This document shows, one piece after another, positions 53,801-61,140 of a DNA stretch of 64,000 nt. The translations under genes were made by a program, and so were the position numbers. The notes beneath the pieces were generated by a model, which did no database searches, was not told the origin of the DNA, and was given only the letters and a program-made list of their open reading frames with translations. Numbering within the stretch: the first letter of the stretch is position 1; each line of letters begins with the position of its first letter. The stretch is from contig OX597815.1 in NCBI GenBank assembly GCA_951406725.2, positions 33,666,001 to 33,730,000 on the forward strand, in the 5' to 3' direction. This stretch comes from Octopus vulgaris (taxonomy: Eukaryota).

Positions 53801-56800
53801 GCAAATAATACTATTTTATCAGTAAATGATGTGACAATAAGTAATGTAGCTGTTTTATTAGCAGCTTTTCTGTTAGTAATTGTTAATGGTACAGTTGCAG
53901 TTGCTGCCAGAACATTTATGTTAAGCTTTATACCATCCCTAATTGGGTAGACCTAATTATCAAAAGCATTCTAGCAGTAACTATCTAATTTTATTTTCAG
54001 GTATGGTGTATCTGTATCTACGTTGTCCGTTGTGTTTCTCTGTTTGCAAGATAGTAGGGTATTATTGAAGGATATTTAGCTTCTGTATCTAGCAGCATGA
54101 ATGACTATTCTCTTGTTGACTCAAAAATTTAATTAAATAGTTTTCATAGTGTTACATCAGGCAGATAGCTGTATTAGATGTAGAAAATTTTATATAGAAA
54201 AACTACTTAGGAAAATTTGATCTTAGCAAAACTTTAGCCCTTAAACTTTCAGTAAAAGTTCTTGTTTTCTCTTCATTAACTTTTTGTCAATGACAGAGTG
54301 TATGGTGCTGGACCATTGATTATAGTCATGAACATAAATTTTACAGCAACACTTGCATTATGAATCTGAGCAAAGCACATAGTCCTGTTTGTCTTATTGT
54401 GTATAGAATGACTAAAAGCATTTGATTCCCAGTCCACATTAAAATGGTTAGCTTCCAGCTATAAAAGTAAATGTAACATCAATCTGGATGTCGAAATATG
54501 CAAATTTGGACCTTCAGATACTTTAGACGTATTATATTAAATTATTTTCCTATTTACATGGCTGATTTGTTATATCATTCTTTTAAGCTTCCTATTTTGC
54601 ACTGACATGTAATGTCTACTCTATTTCTAGCTCGTGATACGTTCTGTTCCTATGGTGTTATGGAACTTTGTACTAAAGGTTTGGGAACATCCACTGCGGC
54701 CCTTAAAGTAAGTCTCTCTTCTCCTTTTGTCTTCTAAATTATCAATAATAATTATAATGCTTTTTAATCATTATTTAGTCATATGTCTACTTTCTTTTTG
54801 ACATATTGATTTCCTTCTTATTTTGTATATTCTCTCATGTAAACAATAATTGTTTCTAAATTTTCAGGCCCGTGGCATCAATCTGTCTTGTGTGAGAACA
54901 TGTTGTGTTATTGCTGAGGAAAGACCAAGAATTCAACTAACCACTTCATTTACAAAATTATTTGCCAACCTTGGTCTTGCTCCACGTGCAGTTAGTACCA
55001 GTTTCGGTTGCAGAGTGTGCATCGGAGTTGCACTCCAGGTAGGAAAATAGTCTTCACTAACATTTGAACATTTTCTTCTAAATTTTTTTCTGCTTATTTA
55101 TGTACTAGCACTTTTGATAGAATAATGTATACAACATTAATTCTGTAAATTTGGAATTTAAAACATTACCTAATAATTCATTTTAATTGAGATTAATTAG
55201 CATTGTTTGCATCCCATCAGCAACTGATTACTTAATATTCAATTTCATGATAAGGAAACTGATTGTTCACTATGGCTTACATATTACAGATTCAAATTTG
55301 GATATGCAAACTAAAAAGTTGGTAAATAGAACACATTAAAATTTATTTGCAAACATGTCCAGAATATGTAGGGGTATATACAGATGGAAAATGCATATAG
55401 AATATCTAAAGCATTTTGAGTAGACTAAGGTTTGTAGTAATAATTTGTATAACAATGTGATAATCAAGAAACAGAATAATATAAGTTAAGATCAATTCAA
55501 TAATGAAATACATGAAACTAACATCTTCAAAATAATGGGTTTATCAAATCTGTCTTTCCAATGTTATTAATCATAGAATACTGGCTTACATTATCTACAA
55601 CAAAGAATTTAATTATTTTTAATTTAATCATAAATCCAACCTTTTTCACATGCTTCTGCTCTTTACAGGGTGCTTCAAGTCCTGAACCATCTACAGTGTA
55701 TGTTGACTTGCGTGCTCTCAGGAATGACAGAGTGACCTTGGTTGAGAAAGGAAGTCCTCATAGCTTGTGTTTGCGGGAATCAGGAAAGGTACCCAATATT
55801 TAATTTTGAATTATAAAGTTTTTTTTTATCTCAAACCTTTTGTTACTATATTTCAAACGAGAGTCCACCCATTGTTTAAATTAAATTCAAAAACTTAAAA
55901 TTGAGTTCACGAAACACATTTTGTTTATTGATATATGAATATGGTATATGGAATACAACGAAATCTATGATGGAATTTTTGTCTCAAGACGTTGAAGTTG
56001 ATGGTAAAGAAACGGATGCACTATAAAAATAAATTGCATGAATCCATCAAAATGTTTGAAGAAAACATCAAAATGAATTCATTTGCACATAAAAGCACAC
56101 ACAGTGGTGAAGTGATTCACTAATATAACTAAGCAGAACTTGTTATTTACCTTATAAGTAAATTTAAATTACAGGTAAGTAAAAAAAATGAAAATAAAAC
56201 ACAAGGTAAAATTTGAAAGTGACATATTTTATAGAATTATATATACACAAATTTCTTTCATACAAAGCTATAAAGCATCCCACTCAACTTTATGCAGTGT
56301 TGAAGAATGCACATGAGAAACTCGTTTAAATTCATCCAATTTCTATCATTCATATTGTATCCTGGAGGTATCTTATTTTAAATAGAGGATCATGTTTTGT
56401 TCCATGTACTGATTGCAAATATTGATGCAACTTAGAAGCAAATATTGCTCTTATCTTTCTAGCTTCTTCCAGGAGTAAAAGTTGTAATAGCCAATCCTGA
56501 AACTAAAGGCCAATGTGCTGACTCACATCTTGGAGAGGTAAGATTTTTTTCAGCTTGAGTTAATTAGATATTCATATTACTGTACTTTGCTGGTTGTTTG
56601 CAGTAAATATTTTCTTATCTTAGACATCTTCACACTACTATTAAGTTTATCTCTGTTGTTGCAGATTTGGGTGAGCAGCCCCCACAATGCCACTGGTTAT
56701 TACAGTATCTACGGGGATGAATCTTTGCACAACGATCACTTTGATTCAAAACTTGCTACTGGAGACATCCATACTTCCTATGCCAGGACTGGTTTCCTTG

Positions 56801-56839
56801 GCTTCATTAGGCGTACTGAGCTAACACAATCTGACGGAG
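4848..56839 (+). CDS. DIP2: DIP2 (disco-interacting protein 2, DIP2C-like), partial: 32 exons joined, 5' and 3' ends outside window
   Basis: Manually spliced exons give 3493 nt of open, phase-consistent frame with DIP2 motifs RPKRKPLREFF, VALVYPNNDP, LLVADGANPW, AVEPMKFIYRGRIAVFS, NVLMCPHTCVTNLPKPR, YLDFSVSTTGMLAGVKMSH, ARTGFLGFIRRTELT; all introns GT-AG. Confidence 0.97.
5781..5888. repeat. Compound (TG)n(TA)n microsatellite
   Basis: Seen directly. Confidence 0.97.
6750..6945 (-). mobile_element. RTE LINE 3' tail fragment (family C)
   Basis: ccatgttagcatgggttgga and ggatgcccttcctaatgccaaccac match the reverse complement of 23268-23503. Confidence 0.75.
7239..7312 (+). CDS. DIP2: DIP2 exon w2 (TPPIDPNAPKPEGAELTPVAGEQLC)
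   Basis: tctttcag| ... TGT|gtttgt; donor chosen because only this GT keeps frame with the next exon. Confidence 0.88.
7395..7805 (+). mobile_element. SINE family A, diverged copy with internal (TG)n(AG)n
   Basis: Colinear similarity to 4173-4520. Confidence 0.75.
8165..8385 (-). mobile_element. SINE family B, diverged copy
   Basis: gaccccagacggatgaaaggtaaa and aatgattctgcc match the reverse complement of 29689-29914. Confidence 0.65.
9739..9862 (+). CDS. DIP2: DIP2 exon w3 (IPSGLPKSLEAAVQRYG...YNLTY)
   Basis: cttacag| ... G|gtaaga; 124 nt. Confidence 0.94.
10738..10832 (+). CDS. DIP2: DIP2 exon w4 (GKLLSRTYKIAYNLLNKVG...SGDR)
   Basis: tttacag| ... AGA|gtgagc; 95 nt. Confidence 0.94.
11947..12057 (+). 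CDS. DIP2: DIP2 exon w5 (VALVYPNNDP...VPLTKR)
   Basis: ttttag| ... CGA|gtatgt; 111 nt. Confidence 0.96.
12500..13420. repeat. Microsatellite-bounded repeat cassette containing two inverted repeats (Penelope-like terminal debris?)
   Basis: (CA)n(TA)n(TAA)n at left, (TATG)n(TA)n at right; inverted arms 12642-12666/12788-12812 and 13027-13213/13214-13389. Confidence 0.7.
15001..15228 (+). mobile_element. tRNA-derived SINE, family B, with 15-bp target-site duplication
   Basis: GAGCTGGCAGAATC head, GAGTTCAAATTCC B-box; AATATAAATTCATGC at both 14986-15000 and 15229-15243. Confidence 0.9.
16801..16866. repeat. (TA)n microsatellite
   Basis: Seen directly. Confidence 0.95.
17165..17209 (+). other. 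Candidate 45-nt in-frame cassette exon of DIP2 (FEEKVYNDSTKSKVQ)
   Basis: Pyrimidine tract + tacag acceptor, consensus CAG|GTGAGT donor, phase 0-0 matching host intron, no stop. Confidence 0.45.
18889..19206 (-). mobile_element. SINE family A, 5'-truncated
   Basis: Reverse complement matches 4230-4518. Confidence 0.85.
20270..21350 (+). mobile_element. Degraded RTE (BovB-like) LINE, RT and C-terminal region
   Basis: Remnant peptides PTLFTISFSMM, DGSLFNL, IQELVFTNSTALVA (cf. IRELLFADDCALVA); many frameshifts; boundaries approximate. Confidence 0.72.
23209..23665. mobile_element. piggyBac-like (TTAA) MITE interrupted by an RTE tail
   Basis: TTAA|CCCTTTTGCTAC left end and GTATCAAAAGGA|TCAA right end form an imperfect TIR; related copies at 3562-3755 and 43147-43330. 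Confidence 0.7.
23268..23503 (+). mobile_element. RTE LINE 3' tail (family C), well-preserved copy ending in (GAT)n
   Basis: GGCACGTAAAAAGCACC x2, GGCGTTAGGAAGGGCATCCAGC, CCATGCTAGCATGG, (GAT)n tail; CpGs retained. Confidence 0.85.
25757..25965 (-). mobile_element. RTE 3' tail (family C), diverged
   Basis: (CAT)n start, tctatggctggatgcccttcct. Confidence 0.7.
26761..27125 (+). mobile_element. SINE family A
   Basis: ggcacaggcatggctgtgtgg head, cttgggcaagtgtcttctacta core, gactgaaacaagtaaaaga tail. Confidence 0.85.
28022..28190 (-). mobile_element. SINE family A, diverged 5' half
   Basis: cagtttctacc and ttgcccaaggtgcca match the reverse complement of the family A head. Confidence 0.7.
28362..28550. 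mobile_element. Second TTAA-type MITE (~190 bp)
   Basis: TIR CCCTTTAACATTTA / TAAATGTTAAGGGG followed by TTAA. Confidence 0.7.
28968..29091 (+). CDS. DIP2: DIP2 exon w6 (DAGGLGIGFLLG...IIFK)
   Basis: atttcag| ... G|gtaaga; follows a 16.9-kb phase-0 intron. Confidence 0.95.
29352..29455 (+). CDS. DIP2: DIP2 exon w7 (GWPKLNWFVTE...AAYVE)
   Basis: ttctag| ... GAA|gtgagt. Confidence 0.95.
29689..29914 (+). mobile_element. SINE family B, well-preserved CpG-rich copy
   Basis: Colinear and highly similar to 15001-15228. Confidence 0.9.
32396..32498 (+). CDS. DIP2: DIP2 exon w8 (YTTSKDGSTVGVTV...NYTE)
   Basis: tttcag| ... G|gtaata. Confidence 0.95.
33958..34130 (-). mobile_element. RTE 3' tail (family C)
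   Basis: (CAT)n, ttccatgctggtatgggttgga, ggctggatgcccttcctaatgc. Confidence 0.78.
34243..34307 (+). CDS. DIP2: DIP2 exon w9 (GEVMVCVLDFKRDVGLWHGILC)
   Basis: ttatag| ... TGT|gtaagt. Confidence 0.95.
34539..34632 (+). CDS. DIP2: DIP2 exon w10 (SVFNGMHVIFIPYSLMKVDP...TKYK)
   Basis: ttccag| ... G|gtattt. Confidence 0.95.
35242..35361 (+). CDS. DIP2: DIP2 exon w11 (AAVAVVKSRDMHWG...ADGANP)
   Basis: tttcag| ... T|gtaagc. Confidence 0.96.
36612..37774 (-). mobile_element. Mariner transposon, near full length, pseudogenised transposase
   Basis: TA-flanked imperfect TIRs (TATGAGGTAGAGTAAAAAATT vs reverse complement of right end TACAAGGGGGAGTAAAAAATT); minus-strand CARWVPRELT, SMEWKHPGSP, LHDNARPH, HSAYSLDLTPSNYHI. 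Confidence 0.92.
38148..38262 (+). CDS. DIP2: DIP2 exon w12 (WSLTSCDSFLSVFQSKG...VSVR)
   Basis: ccaaaag| (AAG acceptor) ... AG|gtaagc. Confidence 0.93.
38515..38654 (+). CDS. DIP2: DIP2 exon w13 (RPGKTGSTTSGRGILSM...QVMPG)
   Basis: ctattgtag| ... G|gtaagt. Confidence 0.93.
39185..39811 (-). mobile_element. Internally deleted Tc1/mariner-superfamily element
   Basis: TIRs AAGGATGTGTCACTTTTTTGAGG / CCTCAAAAAAACTGACACCCTTTGTA; minus-strand WPPISLDLSPVDYYM*G (cf. WPPNSPDLNPLDY). Confidence 0.8.
40257..40393 (+). CDS. DIP2: DIP2 exon w14 (AVMVVIKTEG...CKTDEVGELCV...NTFQ)
   Basis: cctgcag| ... CAG|gtgagg. Confidence 0.95.
41148..41228 (+). CDS. DIP2: DIP2 exon w15 (VQPLRSDG...RTGLLGFLGP)
   Basis: ttgtag| ... 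CCC|gtaagt. Confidence 0.95.
41760..41825. repeat. (TC)n microsatellite
   Basis: Seen directly. Confidence 0.95.
42017..42144 (+). CDS. DIP2: DIP2 exon w16 (GGLVFVCG...AVEPMKFIYRG)
   Basis: poly-T cag| ... AG|gtaaat. Confidence 0.96.
42383..42810 (-). mobile_element. RTE LINE 3' end (ORF C-terminus + UTR)
   Basis: (CAT)n tail; minus-strand VVKHDL*TLGLMEAMTSD. Confidence 0.82.
43024..43108 (+). CDS. DIP2: DIP2 exon w17 (RIAVFSINVLKDERIVIIAEQRPDCSEEE)
   Basis: ttctag| ... GAA|gtaagc. Confidence 0.96.
43147..43330. mobile_element. TTAA-type MITE copy (family of 23209-23665)
   Basis: aaaatttcatgttaat and ttttactaaattctt blocks shared with 3562-3755. Confidence 0.55.
44121..44219 (+). CDS. DIP2: DIP2 exon w18 (SFQWMSRVLQAVDSIHQVG...YLPK)
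   Basis: ttcacag| ... AAG|gtaaat. Confidence 0.96.
44755..44887 (+). CDS. DIP2: DIP2 exon w19 (TPLGGIHL...CPHTCVTNLPKPREHHP)
   Basis: ttttag| ... G|gtgaga. Confidence 0.96.
46607..46719 (+). CDS. DIP2: DIP2 exon w20 (DVTPSAVHVGNIVQG...DQGKK)
   Basis: ttgcag| ... AAG|gtaaat. Confidence 0.94.
47492..48294 (+). mobile_element. Two tandem RTE LINE 3' ends (47492-47675 and 47723-48294)
   Basis: RDEVVKRNLRMLGLTEVMTSD C-terminal peptide, three GCAYGTAAAAAGCA-like units, (GAT)n tail. Confidence 0.85.
49318..49672 (+). mobile_element. RTE LINE 3' UTR (family C)
   Basis: Repeated gagcgtgat...gccag units, aagcacccactacactc, ccatgctagcatggaaagcggac, GAT tail. Confidence 0.85.
49863..49943 (+). CDS. 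DIP2: DIP2 exon w21 (HQFLTEILRWR...LLNSK)
   Basis: ttcacag| ... AAG|gtacaa. Confidence 0.95.
50597..50720 (+). CDS. DIP2: DIP2 exon w22 (VQPALVMTCSQLHKKAE...VALVYPP)
   Basis: ttctag| ... G|gtaaat. Confidence 0.95.
50869..50910 (+). CDS. DIP2: DIP2 exon w23, 42 nt (GLDLVTAFYGCLFV)
   Basis: aaatag| ... G|gtaagt. Confidence 0.94.
51175..51805 (+). mobile_element. Head-to-tail array of about three degenerate SINE family B copies
   Basis: Repeated gaatcattagagt / gttcaa / caactttg.tttcatc blocks and aattagaaa tails. Confidence 0.65.
52012..52151 (+). CDS. DIP2: DIP2 exon w24 (GCVPVTIRPPHPQN...LLKSK)
   Basis: ttccag| ... AAA|gtaagt. Confidence 0.94.
52465..52626 (+). CDS. DIP2: DIP2 exon w25 (EAGAVVDPKTWP...SVSTTGMLAGVK)
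   Basis: ttaacag| ... AAG|gtaaga. Confidence 0.96.
53030..53160 (+). CDS. DIP2: DIP2 exon w26 (MSHAAATALCRSQKLQCELYP...LWCLS)
   Basis: tattag| ... AG|gtaagt. Confidence 0.96.
53499..53590 (+). CDS. DIP2: DIP2 exon w27 (SIYSGHHSILIPPSE...HNYK)
   Basis: ttccag| ... A|gtaaga. Confidence 0.95.
54631..54707 (+). CDS. DIP2: DIP2 exon w28 (TRDTFCSYGVMELCTKGLG...LK)
   Basis: ttctag| ... AAA|gtaagt. Confidence 0.95.
54868..55038 (+). CDS. DIP2: DIP2 exon w29 (ARGINLSCVRTC...AEERPRI...VALQ)
   Basis: tttcag| ... CAG|gtagga. Confidence 0.96.
55669..55788 (+). CDS. DIP2: DIP2 exon w30 (GASSPEPSTVYVDLRALR...ESGK)
   Basis: ttacag| ... AAG|gtaccc (weak donor). Confidence 0.94.
56463..56537 (+). CDS. DIP2: DIP2 exon w31 (LLPGVKVVIANPETKG...HLGE)
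   Basis: ttctag| ... GAG|gtaaga. Confidence 0.95.
56665..56839 (+). CDS. DIP2: DIP2 exon w32 (IWVSSPHNATGYY...RRTELTQSDG)
   Basis: ttgcag| ... G|gtaaga; the expected next exon (ERHDA...) was not found in the window. Confidence 0.96.
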
Positions 56840-59244
56840 GTAAGATAATTAAATTCATTGAAAAGAATATGTTTCAATGAGATTAAACTACTAACTTAAT
56901 CTTCAAATTTTGGGTGTATGCTTGTAGAACTTTGAATGAATGTTCATTTGTAGAATTAATTATGAGTCTTTTAAAGGTATTTATGTTGCTAGAAGCAATG
57001 TCGGATTGTCACAGTGTTTGTTATGAAATATTGTTCAGATTATTATTTTGTATTTTCAGAGATTTAATCACTCATTTTTTAGACTATAGGTTTTATATCT
57101 CTTGAAGAGGTATGAAGTTCTGCTCAATTTGGTCATCAACTAACCTGGTACAAAGTAGAAAATTATACTATACCAATTATTTTATTTTACACCATTTTTA
57201 TATGCTTTATTTCCTTAATTATTTCCAATTTACTCCTATTCTGTGTTTACTCATTTTCCTCTTATTTTGATTTCTAACTAATGCTTGAAACAGTTGGCTT
57301 TATGTTGCTGTGTATGTATCATTCTGAATCATCATATTTTATTGTGTTGACTAAAAAGACTTAACAGTTAATATTCATGCAAATTCTCCTAAAGAAACAT
57401 AGCTGTATTTATAATGCACCCTACAATCACTGTTAAGTCATACATACGACAAGTTAACTTTTCTAATCTTAAGATAGAAAGAAAAAGATCTGAAAACCTG
57501 TACCTATCCTTTGGGTTTCTTATTCTTACTTCACACTTATTCTTAAATTGAAAATTTCCTGCTTGGTACAGAAGCATGAACTTTTAAAATATGATTTTAT
57601 ACTTTCTTGTTTTATGGATCATTTTATATTGGCATGGCTTCTGTGGAAAAACAAAATTCTTTCATCTTTGTTCCTTTACTTTTTGTGATGAGGCTGATGA
57701 TTTCCATTGCCTTGAAGATTCTAGTTCCAATTTCATTTCCATCTCTCAGTGCCTTTTGACTAGCATCAATTTAAAATTTCTATGAAAAACGACTTTATCA
57801 GTTTCTTTACAAAAAACAACTTGACCAATTTCATTACATTCTATTTTATTCAAAAAAGTATTTTTCAGCAAATTAGACTAAAAATATAAATTTACAACAT
57901 AAAAATATGAAATTTAATATTTTTTTATCAAAATATATTTTTGTGGATGACATTAATCAAATAACATTTAACCCTGGTTTTTAATTATATTCTGAATATG
58001 TAGGGGAATATTACCTGTATCTTTATTGCTCATTAAACTAACTAATCTCTCATAGTCCTCACCCCTTAATATTATTTAAACTGTAGTGTTTTTTTTTTTT
58101 TTATTTTTGCTTTGTTTTTTTTAACTGAATTTTCTTGATATTTTTCTAAATTTTGATTTTTTTTTGTCTGTTATTTTCTTTTCTTTTCCCTTTTGCTTTA
58201 GTTATACAACATTTTGAAATTATAGTGAAATGCTTAGGTTTTTCATTTGTTTGTATTTTTTAGTTTTTAATCATGAGCAGAATCCTGGCCAACAACAGAC
58301 TTCATCATCAGCAGGTTCACCATTACAATTTGTTCCATTTCTTATATCTTTATTTCTCTCTATTATTAAGTATATATAATGAAATGATTAGTAGATCTCA
58401 CTCTTGTCCTCTCCATATCAAACTTAACAACTTCCTACCCATCAGGAATAGGCCTTCACACTGCCCTCATTTTTACTTATTACTGATTGTTTATATTTAG
58501 TTTTTTTTTTATCCTTGCCTATACAAATGGATGCCCCTGATTTTATGGATTGCCCTTCATTTTCTCTGCTGCACCACATGCTCAATCCAATTCCTCCACC
58601 CCATATTGACTGCATGTGCCCTCTTGCCATTTCCTGCACCTCTATCCATTTATCTCTATCCAGTTAGCTTTTAAGAAATAAAAATCTTAAGCTTCATAAG
58701 TGCCTGGAGGACTTATAAAAATAACATTGGGATTTGAAACATTTGGTCCAGTTCTTTATGGATTAACAATTGTTACTATTCCCTCCCACCAGCTCCTTAG
58801 AGTTGTCATTATTATTAAAAGGAAATGAACTTCATTTGGCAAGAATACAAAAACACAGAGTTCAATTATAGTGTGTATATTTCTGTGAATATTCCACCCC
58901 ATCATTCTAATGCATAGACTGTTCTTTAAGTTTGTTTCTTCCTTTAAATTTAGAGGGTTTCTATTGACACTTTGCCCCTAGTTTGCTTTAAGTCTGATAG
59001 TAACTTGATCATTTCATTAGTTTACATAAAATTTTAGTCCAATGTTTTAGTTCTTCTTCCCTCTATGGTGTCAGAATAGCAAGGCTCTCAATTCTTTCTG
59101 GTTTACTTTCTTTTGGAAGGACATTTCTTTCTGTCAAGGATTATTTTTGTTGCTCCTCCCAGTTTTTAATATATTTTATCCTGATGGGTATCAAATGATT
59201 CCTTTTCTTTTTAAGTTAGAAGAGAAGTTATCTACCTCTCTTTG

Positions 59245-59245
<1 letters not shown>

Positions 59246-59280
<35 letters not shown>

Positions 59281-59311
59281 GTATGTGTGTATGTATATTT
59301 ATATGTATATA

Positions 59312-59343
<32 letters not shown>

Positions 59344-59548
59344 CACATATATATGTGTGTGTGTGTATATATATGTATATATATATATATATGCGTGTGT
59401 ATATATATGCATCTATATATATGTATGTGTATGTATATATATATATGTATGTATATATATATATATATATATGTATGTATATGTGTGTGTATGTATTTGT
59501 ATATATATATATATATATATATAGATGTGTGTGTGTGTGTGTGTGTGT
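59246..59548. repeat. ~300-bp compound (TA)/(TG)/(TATG) microsatellite
   Basis: Seen directly; source of several spurious ORFs. Confidence 0.97.
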
Positions 59549-60569
59549 CCATGTTGTTCTTGCTGTTCATGTTGTTTTCTATGTTGTGGCATGTAAAATG
59601 TCATCTCACTCGGTATATGGATATAGTTGCAGATTTACAAGAACAGTGTCTACTTCTCTTTAGTGACTGTAGTTACCTAGCTCTCTTAGATATGACTATT
59701 TTCTCTATGTTGTTCCTGTCATGTCTTTCTGTTGTGGCATGTCCTATGTCAGCTCAGTCCTTAACAATGTAGTTATCAGTAAATGTTAATTTGTAGTACC
59801 ACTTGGCGAAATAAGCATATCACTCTAGATCTCTGTTCACTAGCTAAATATATTTAAGTAGAAGTCATAAGCTTGCTGCTGTCATCTCTTACAACAGTTT
59901 CAATATTGAAATTTTACTTTCTAATCCAAAACCATGATTGCCAAAATGAGTGTAATATTCTTGGCTACATTTTTGTTTATGTTATATCTTTATTTTTTGT
60001 GTTTATTTTAAAGTTTATTCCAAAATTAGTTGCTTTAACCTTGGTTTAAATGTCAGGAACACTCATAATTGTTAAATCTATAAATCTATAAATTATTTGT
60101 TTGTTCAACAAGTTAACTGCCCTGAATCATTAAGCCCCAAGTCTTGGATTATACCCCATCGTTTATTACATCTTGTTATCTGACTAACAGGTTTTTAAGT
60201 AGGATTCTAATTCTTACTTAACATGTTTTGCTTAAAAACTTTTCTTTTAACATAAGATTATTAAAATTATTTCTGCCCTATTTCCTTGATTGTTATGTAT
60301 TTTGCACATGATTAAATCAGTGATCCAGAGTTGTAGCGTGAATCAATATTTTATTAATGGAAATAACATAAATAATGGTGATATGGTGATACAGATATCT
60401 CAAATGCCTTTATATTTGAATGGTTGTCATGGAAAATAAAAGTTTCCATTTAAATAGCCAGCTTTTAATACCAGTATGTCAACACAAGAAAAGAAAAGTC
60501 CAAACAAGGGGATTTCCACCTTGCACTAAATGGGTTTGCTGCTAAGTGCTTCAAGGCAGGCATAAGAAT

Positions 60570-61140
60570 TAATGTTGGGAAGACTGAGACAAGTGGAGAG
60601 GTTTAAGTATCTTGGGGCTGTATTGATAAGTGAAGAAAGGGTGGAGGCTGGATTGGATGGTAGAATTGCAGGTGATCCTTAAAAGAGGTTGGCGCAAAAG
60701 CCAAACTCACTATCTTCAATTTGATTTTCATGCCTATCCTTACCTATGATCATGATTGTTGGGTAATGACCAAAAGGGTACAGATGCAAATACAAGCATC
60801 TGAAATAAGGTTCCTCTAAGAGATCTCTGGAGTAATATTACCTGATAAGGTGTATACCTCAGAAATCAAGGGTTCTTCCAAGATCAAGCTGCTATCTCTC
60901 TGCATTGAGAGATCACAGGTTCAGCACTACAGACATGTCACAGGAATGAATCATAAGATCTTACAGGCGAACTAGGGGTATACTGAGAATGAGATGATTG
61001 GATGATATCCTTAATCTCAGTTGGCGATACTTGGGGATCCAGCTGGTGAGTTTAATGATGGTATCCTTTGGAGGAGGTGCCTGAGGATTTCTACACCTAT
61101 GATCCTCTCAGGAATAGTGGATGAAGAAGATGGATAGATA
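60570..61140 (+). mobile_element. RTE LINE 3' fragment (Expander/Rex3-like)
   Basis: LRQVERFKYLG, AKLTIFNLIFMPILTYDHDCWVMTKRVQMQIQASEIRFL; ends gaagaagatggatagat. Confidence 0.8.

Noticed and set aside
53690-53950. Hydrophobic 67-aa ORF
   Set aside because: Derived from degenerate AGTAATGTGA-type tandem repeats in an intron
59147-59772. Several 60-176 aa ORFs on both strands rich in Y/I/C/V/H/T
   Set aside because: Translations of the compound microsatellite; the same applies to the ORFs at 5674-5987 and 16658-16900
59549-59830. Possible third hammerhead (ggcgaaataag) after the large microsatellite
   Set aside because: No CUGANGA-like partner or stems found; only a degenerate internal duplication of atgttgtt...gttgtggcatgt
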